Part shown: positions 57,429 to 64,000 of the stretch, in pieces
How the letters are laid out: every line of letters starts with the position of its first letter
Numbering within the stretch: position 1 is the stretch's first letter
Assembly (NCBI RefSeq): GCF_964213995.1
Contig: NW_027590191.1
Location: 310,001-374,000, forward strand
Source of the DNA: Mustelus asterias
Lineage: Eukaryota
Length of the DNA: 64,000 nt
Reading direction: 5' to 3'
The notes under the pieces: generated by a model
The model's input: the letters and a program-made list of their open reading frames with translations, nothing else
The model's database searches: none
Told to the model about the DNA's origin: nothing
Translations under genes and position numbers: made by a program

Positions 57429-59924
57429 GAAACTAATTGGGAAAATATGTGATATACTCCCATTGCAGGAATGTACAGACAACGATTAGTATGGTGGGCA
57501 ATACCTTTGGCCACAAAAGCCAGTGCATTATACATTCAACGACATACACCCCCCCTCCCCTCCCCGTCTCCCCTTGCATAGAAAGCTCAGTGCAAATCAA
57601 ATAACACTTTGCACATCCATTCATTTGGATCTAATTCTATCAAAAGGCATCGCTTCCCTCTTTACAATCACATGCCATACAGCTCCGATCTTTATATGAT
57701 GCATTCTTACATTATATCTAATTTGGTCATTTGTTTGCCCACATTTGAAAGTGCGCTGTTTAAGCAGAAATTATCCTTCTAGAGACATATTGTCTCATAA
57801 GGTAAACAACAGTGTTTCCTGGTCACAGATGTGTATGCTGCCGGACACAGCTCTTTAAAAACACAGATAACCGAATGAGCTATCTGTTGTGTTCAGTCGA
57901 ATGCTGCAAGATTTTTGAGTCTGGCTGCAAATCCAGTCTCCAACTCTTTCTCTCTCTCTCAAGTAATCCGGTTTCACTTCCTGTCATGTTAATGCTAATT
58001 GTGCAAGTTATTACAAATTATGGCGAAGAATGGCTAGATGTGTGGAATAAACAGCCTTTTCTCCTACAGAATTATGTTTTATCAATACACAATATATAGA
58101 AATATATAAAATTGGTTAAGGCTCTTCAGGATTTGATATATCCAAACCCTCTTAATTTAAGCCGTGTCCATTTTTAAACTGCTCCAGATCAGAATACCTG
58201 CATTTTAGAACAATAACAAGCACAATACATATAACAATAACAATAGTTACTTGATTAGAAATGTTTTGGTTTGATTCCTAGCTGGCTAGGTGCTAAACCT
58301 TGAATAACATGCAATCCCAACGGTAATATATAATTTGAACATCATACTAACCTTGAAAGTCACGTTATTATCATGTTACTTAAAACGAACTGGCAACACA
58401 AGTTCCAACAATTCATGGTGTTCGATGGTTAGCAACTAACACAGATTAGAAATATTCAAGGCCAACATCTGTGTCTGTATTAACAACTGAGGTTTTAACT
58501 GATTAATCACTGCTGTAACTTGGGGTAATCAGAACTACGATTCACTAATTTGATAGACTTTAAACTGACTCACAGACAGTATTTTCACCTCATTCTTTTG
58601 TTCCTGCTTTTCTATTTTTTTTCACAAATTTACTTATTTTTAACTTCTCGACTATATTCGTATACTTTCAACTTCAAGGCGAGGAAAAAACACATGGTCC
58701 TTCCAAGTTCTAACTCCTTTCTTAACATTAAAACAGTGAAGCAAACAACAACAAAACATTCACGCAACCACTTTGGTATTATAGGCGGGCACTCCCTTTT
58801 AGCCCGTCTGGCATTTAATACAGTTTCACGGTTGATCCATGTAACACATTTTAATTAGAATGCATTATGGCAGTATAATAATTCCCAGCATAACACACAC
58901 ACGCCCATTCTACCTTATGTAACTCCCTTCTCTGTTAAATTTTGACTCTATATCTTAAAATTACTGCAAGTCTTATAACAGTATAGGACAGGATGGATTT
59001 GTTCTCTGCTTGTTTCAGCAGAGAGGCGGAGGGGTAAATTCACTCAGCTGAACATTAACAAGTGATTAATCATCACTTCAGATATGCAGAATGATTCTGT
59101 CCATTTATCTTTTCAGTTTCAGTTCTATCAAGAATACATTTTACATTTAACAAAAACCTAATCCAAATCATCCACTTATTTTGATCACTTTTAGATATCC
59201 CTACTAAATTAAGACATTTACACTGTCTTACAGACTCTCCGGTCTGCCTTTGTAATCAACACAGGCAGATACAAGACCGAATCTACTGTGTGCTTAAATG
59301 GTTAACTCTCCTTACGGCTCTACAGATGTAATGTGATGCTATTTTTCCCGCATTCCCCAAATCTCTGTCCGATGCACTATCGTAAAATTTCAACTTTGAT
59401 CTGATATACCCTATTCCACCACATGAGGCTCTCGATCGCACACTTTCATCTCTCTCTCTCTCTTTTCCTTTGTCAAGAGAGAGAGGGAGAGAAACTTACA
59501 GCCTGCTGGTGTTTAACCCTTTAATATCACGCTTCAAACTAACCAAGTGAGCCTGATTTGAGTTCCTTCTGTCTTTGCAGCGGCACCGGCACTGGTGTCT
59601 GTCATATTTATCGGGGCAATGACGGCTACCTTAGATTTTTGGTGATTATCTACACTGGGTCGATTCCACCACTTCTGTTCTCCCGTATCGGTATTTTGGA
59701 AGAACATTGGCAAGCCAGATACCTCCATATCTTTCCTTTGTTCGGCTTGCCGTACTAATCCTTTTCTCTCGGTCTCATCTTTCCTTTGCAGTCTTTCCTG
59801 TTCTGCTCTATCTCTTTTCTCTTTCTCATACCTCTCACATTCCCACTTCAACCTTTCCCAAGTCTTAGGGTTTTCCTCATTATCACATACATTGATTCCT
59901 CTTCTGCGTGTATTCTTCACCCTC

Positions 59925-60705
59925 TTAACTGTTTTGTTGCACATTACATGTTTTCCGATTGCGACCAGTGTATTCTTTCAACTGGGTCCAGTGTTTCCAG
60001 ACACCCCTGCCTTGCATATCTATGCAGGCACAGATGTCTCCACTGATGATAACCTCATAGGGGCCTTTCCATTTGGGGGCGAATCCAGATTTTCCAGGTA
60101 ATGTTTTTACCATGACCTTGCTGCCCGCCGGGGGTATCTCCGGGGTCTGTTTAGTTCATTGTACTCATCTACCGCTATTTGTTTGTCCCGTACTGTTTGC
60201 TGTATATCTTTTAATTGGGAGCTTAATTCTAGTACATATCGTCTAATCTAGTCCCGTAATGGGCCTACAACTGCCCCTCCGGTAATGATGGACTGAGGCA
60301 GTTGCATAGCCCTTCCGGTCATTAGCTCATATGGTGTCAGTCCAGTGGTCCGATTTGTGGTGGCTCTGAGTTTCATTAATATGGCGGGTAATACTTCTGT
60401 CCATCTCTGTCCTGATTCCTGCATGGACTTTGCCAAGGAGGTCTTAAGAGTCCTATTCATACCTCCCACCCGCCCCGAGCTTTGAGGGTGGTAGCGTATG
60501 TGAAATTTCTGACTTATCCCCATCAGTTTGGTCATCAGAATGGTCTAGTGGGCACATGAGCGGCGCAGGCTTGGAGGGCCGAAGGGCCTGTTCCTGTGCT
60601 GTATTGTTCTTTGTTCTTTGTTCCATTTAGGAATGGTCTTTACAACCTTCCCCGTAAAGTGCGTGCCTTGTTCGGTGTCTATGTGCAAAAGCACCCCCAT
60701 CTTGG
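59925..60705 (-). pseudogene. pol: ERV integrase core and C-terminal remnant, copy A (continues at 61807-62109 and 63831-64000)
   Basis: HHGLSH...CITC, HLQIDFT, IDTEQGTHF, YHPQSSG, LTPYELMTG, PKWKGPYEV. Confidence 0.85.
60536..60623 (+). mobile_element. CR1 3'-terminal fragment inserted in the integrase
   Basis: gagcggcgcaggcttggagggccgaagggcctgttcctgtgctgtattgttctttgttctttgttc. Confidence 0.85.
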
Positions 60706-60706
60706 G

Positions 60707-61806
60707 ATAAGACCATAAGACATAGGAGCGGAAGTAAGGCCATTCGGCCCATCGAGTCCACTCCACCATTCAATCATGGTTGATTTCAACTCCATTTACC
60801 CGCTCTCTCCCCATAGCCCTTAATTCCTCGAGAAATCAAGAATTTATCAATTTCTGTCTTGAAGACGCTCAACGTCTCGGCCTCCACAGCCCTCTGTGGC
60901 AATGAATTCCACAGACCTACCACCCTCTGGCTGAAGAAATTTCTCCTCATCTCTGTTCTAAAGTGACTCCCTTTTATTCTAAGGCTGTGCCCCCGCGTCC
61001 TCGTCTCCCCTGCTAATGGAAACAACTTCCCTACGTCCATCCTATCTAAGCCGTTCATTATCTTGTAAGTTTCTATTAGATCTCCCCTCAACCTCCTAAA
61101 CTCCAATGAATATAATCCCACGATCCTCAGACGTTCATCGTATGTCAGGCCTACCATTCCTGGGATCATCCGTGTGAATCTCCGCTGGACCCGCTCCAGT
61201 GCCAGTATGTCCTTCCTGAGGTGTGGGGCCCACAATTGCTCACAGTACTCCAAATGGGGCCTAACCAGTGCTTTATAAAGTCTCAGAAGTACATCCCTGC
61301 TCTTGTATTCCAAGCCTCTTGAGATAATTGACAATATTACATTTGCTTTCTTAATTACGGACACAACCTGCAAGTTTACCTTTAGAGAATCCTGGACTAG
61401 GACTCCCAAGTCCCTTTGCACTTTAGCATTATGAATTTTGTCACCGTTTAGAAAATAGTCCATGCCTCTATTCTTTTTTCCAAAGTGCAAGACCTCGCAC
61501 TTGCCCACGTTGAATTTCATCAGCCACTTCTTGGACCACTCTCCTAAACTGTCTAAATCTTTCTGCAGCCTCCCCACCTCCTCAATACTACCTGCCCCTC
61601 CACCTATCTTTGTATCATCGGCAAACTTGGCCAGAATGCCCCCAGTCCCGTCATCTAGATCGTGAATATATAAAGAGAACAGCTGTGGCCCCAACACTGA
61701 ACCCTGCGGGACACCACTTGTCACCGGTTGCCATTCTGAGAAATAACCTTTTATCCCAACTCTCTGCCTTCTGTCTGACAGCCAATCGTCAATCCATGTT
61801 AGTACC
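60707..61806 (-). mobile_element. CR1 LINE, 5'-truncated, inserted in the integrase
   Basis: RT frame with GVPQGSVLGP and KFADDTK; tail ctatgtcttatggtcttat. Confidence 0.95.
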
Positions 61807-62109
61807 TTCTTCAGCGAGTATTCTGGCCATTGTAGTGGCAGCAAAATTTTTCATTGGGAATGCTTCTACCCACCTGGTAAATTAGTCAATTATTACCAAG
61901 CAGTAGGTTCTCCCGTGTGACTGCGGAAGAGGTCGTGTAAAGTCAATTTGCAGGTGTTCCCAGGTTCCCTTAGGGCGAGGTTGGTGCCACCTCTTGATTT
62001 GCACGGGTCTTCCGGGGTTGTGCTGTGGACAGGTTATGCACCGGTGATAATATCGGGCAATGTCCCGTCCCATTCCTTTCCATCACCATTCCTTCCCCAC
62101 ACTGGTCAT

Positions 62110-63830
62110 CATAGAACATAGAACATAGAACATTACAGCGCAGAACAGGCCCTTCGGCCCACGATGTTGCACCGACCAGTTAAAAAAAAAAACTGTGACC
62201 CTCCAACCTAAACCAATTTCTTTTCGTCCATGAACCTATCTACGGATCTCTTAAACGCCCCCAAACTAGGCACATTTACTACTGATGCTGGCAGGGCATT
62301 CCAATCCCTCACCACCCTCTGGGTAAAGAACCTACCCCTGACATCGGTTCTATAACTACCCCCCCTCAATTTAAAGCCATGCCCCCTCGTGCTGGATTTC
62401 TCCATCAGAGGAAAAAGGCTATCACTATCCACCCTATCTAAACCTCTAATCATCTTATATGTTTCAATAAGATCCCCTCTTAGCCGCCGCCTTTCCAGCG
62501 AAAACAATCCCAAATCCCTCAGCCTCTCCTCATAGGATCTCCCCTCCATACCAGGCAACATCCTGGTAAACCTCCTCTGCACCCTCTCCAAAGCCTCCAC
62601 ATCCTTCCTGTAATGTGGGGACCAGAACTGCACACAGTACTCCAAGTGCGGCCGCACCAGAGTTGTGTACAGTTGCAACATAACGCTACGACTCCTAAAT
62701 TCAATCCCCCTACCAATAAACGCCAAGACACCATATGCCTTCTTAACAACCTTATCTACTTGATTCCCAACTTTCAGGGATCTATGCACACATACACCTA
62801 GATCCCTCTGCTCCTCCACACTATTCAAAGTCCTCCCGTTAGCCCTATACTCAACACATCTGTTATTCCTACCAAAGTGAATTACCTCACACTTCTCCGC
62901 ATTAAACTCCATCCGCCACCTCTCGGCCCAACTTTGCAACCTGTCTAAGTCTTCCTGCAAACTACGACACCCTTCCTCACTGTCTACCACACCACCGACT
63001 TTGGTGTCATCAGCAAATTTGCTAATCCACCCAACTATACCCTCATCCAGATCATTAATAAATATTACAAACAGCAGTGGCCCCAAAACAGATCCCTGAG
63101 GTACACCACTTGTAACCGCACTCCATGATGAATATTTACTATCAACCACCACCCTCTGTTTCCTATCCGCTAGCCAATTCCTGATCCAATTTCCTAGATC
63201 ACCCCCAATCCCATACATCTGCATTTTCTGCAGAAGCCTACCATGGTGAACCTTATCAAACGCCTTACTAAAATCCATATATACCACGTCCACTGCCTTG
63301 CCCCCATCCACCTCCTTGGTCACTTTCTCAAAAAACTCAATAAGGTTAGTAAGGCACGACCTACCTGCCACAAAACCATGCTGACTATCACCTATCAATT
63401 CATTACTCTCCAAATAACTATAAATCCTATCCCTTATAATTTTTTCCAACATCTTGCCGACAACAGAAGTGAGACTCACCGGTCTATAATTCCCGGGGAA
63501 GTCTCTGTTCCCCTTCTTAAACAATGGGACAACATTCGCTAACCTCCAATCTTCTGGTACTATACCAGAGGCCAACGACGACCTGAAGATCAGAGCCAGA
63601 GGCTCTGCGATCACTTCTCTTGCCTCCCAGAGAATCCTTGGATAAATCCCATCCGGACCAGGGGATTTATCTATTTTCAGACCCTCCAGAATATCCTGCA
63701 CATCCTCCTTATCAACTGTAATACTGTCTATTCTACTCCCTTGCAACCCAGTGTCCTCCTCAGCTATATTCATGTCCCCTTGCGTGAACACCGAAGAGAA
63801 ATATTGGTTCAATGCTTCACCAATCTCCTC
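62110..63830 (-). mobile_element. CR1 LINE, 5'-truncated, inserted between the integrase HH and CC motifs
   Basis: Uninterrupted RT frame (ORF 62208-63875); tail (ttctatg)n. Confidence 0.95.
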
Positions 63831-64000
63831 CATGGCATTACTTCCCACATGTGACAGCCCATGATGTAACCGCATCAGAGTATGCTGGATACATTCTGGG
63901 GCTAGGACTTTATCATTTAATCTCCATATCTCCCCCCCCCCCCCCCCCGACCATCCCCATCATGTGTAGCTCCTTGAGCTTTCCACCTCACACGTTCTTC

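Larger units (their letters stand above)
54729..64000 (-). mobile_element. Decayed class I (gamma/epsilon-like) endogenous retrovirus, 3' part, interrupted by CR1s
   Basis: Integrase, env and LTR pieces in proviral order on the minus strand; the junction at 54728/54729 coincides with the end of host paralog similarity. Confidence 0.85.

Noticed and set aside
63932-63948. 17-bp C run shifting the ERV pol frame
   Set aside because: Homopolymer slippage or sequencing error in a dead element; no evidence of function.
1-64000. D, J or C segments, 12-RSSs, or NAR-TCR cassettes
   Set aside because: No FGxG J motif with an upstream RSS and no C1 exon was recognised by eye; a systematic RSS scan was not possible.

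Overview
Non-bacterial, repeat-rich vertebrate DNA. The HE1-type SINEs, CR1 subfamilies and V-gene style point to a cartilaginous fish (shark). The window is part of a T-cell receptor alpha/delta-type V-segment array. About ten V segments or relics lie on both strands, each followed by a 23-type RSS or a decayed one; no D, J or C segments were seen. Only two look fully intact, both on the minus strand: 24198-24652 (leader exon + V exon) and 17804-18136 (leader fused to V with no intron). The V array is interleaved with a tRNA cluster: intact Gln-TTG, Gln-CTG and Glu-CTC, near-intact intron-containing Ile-TAT, and many Gln/Val/Glu/Asn/Ser/Leu/Pro relics. The region is built from old direct and inverted segmental duplications, which supply empty-site controls for later insertions. 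Mobile elements include one full-length two-ORF CR1 LINE, several 5'-truncated CR1s, Penelope-like, Rex1 and RTE fragments, many HE1 SINEs, and a decayed class I-like endogenous retrovirus (LTR-env-integrase) at the right end. The most unusual items are: (1) a tandem pair of about 365-bp, hairpin-rich, U2-snRNA-headed insertions with an A-rich tail and TSD-like flanks, a candidate U2-headed SINE or non-autonomous Keno-like element; (2) a U_UUA_AAC -1 frameshift site joining CR1 ORF1 to an ORF2 that has no usable AUG; (3) the intronless leader-V gene; (4) a tRNA-Pro(CGG)-like gene with an intron-like insert. Coordinates were read by eye, so repeat boundaries are approximate.
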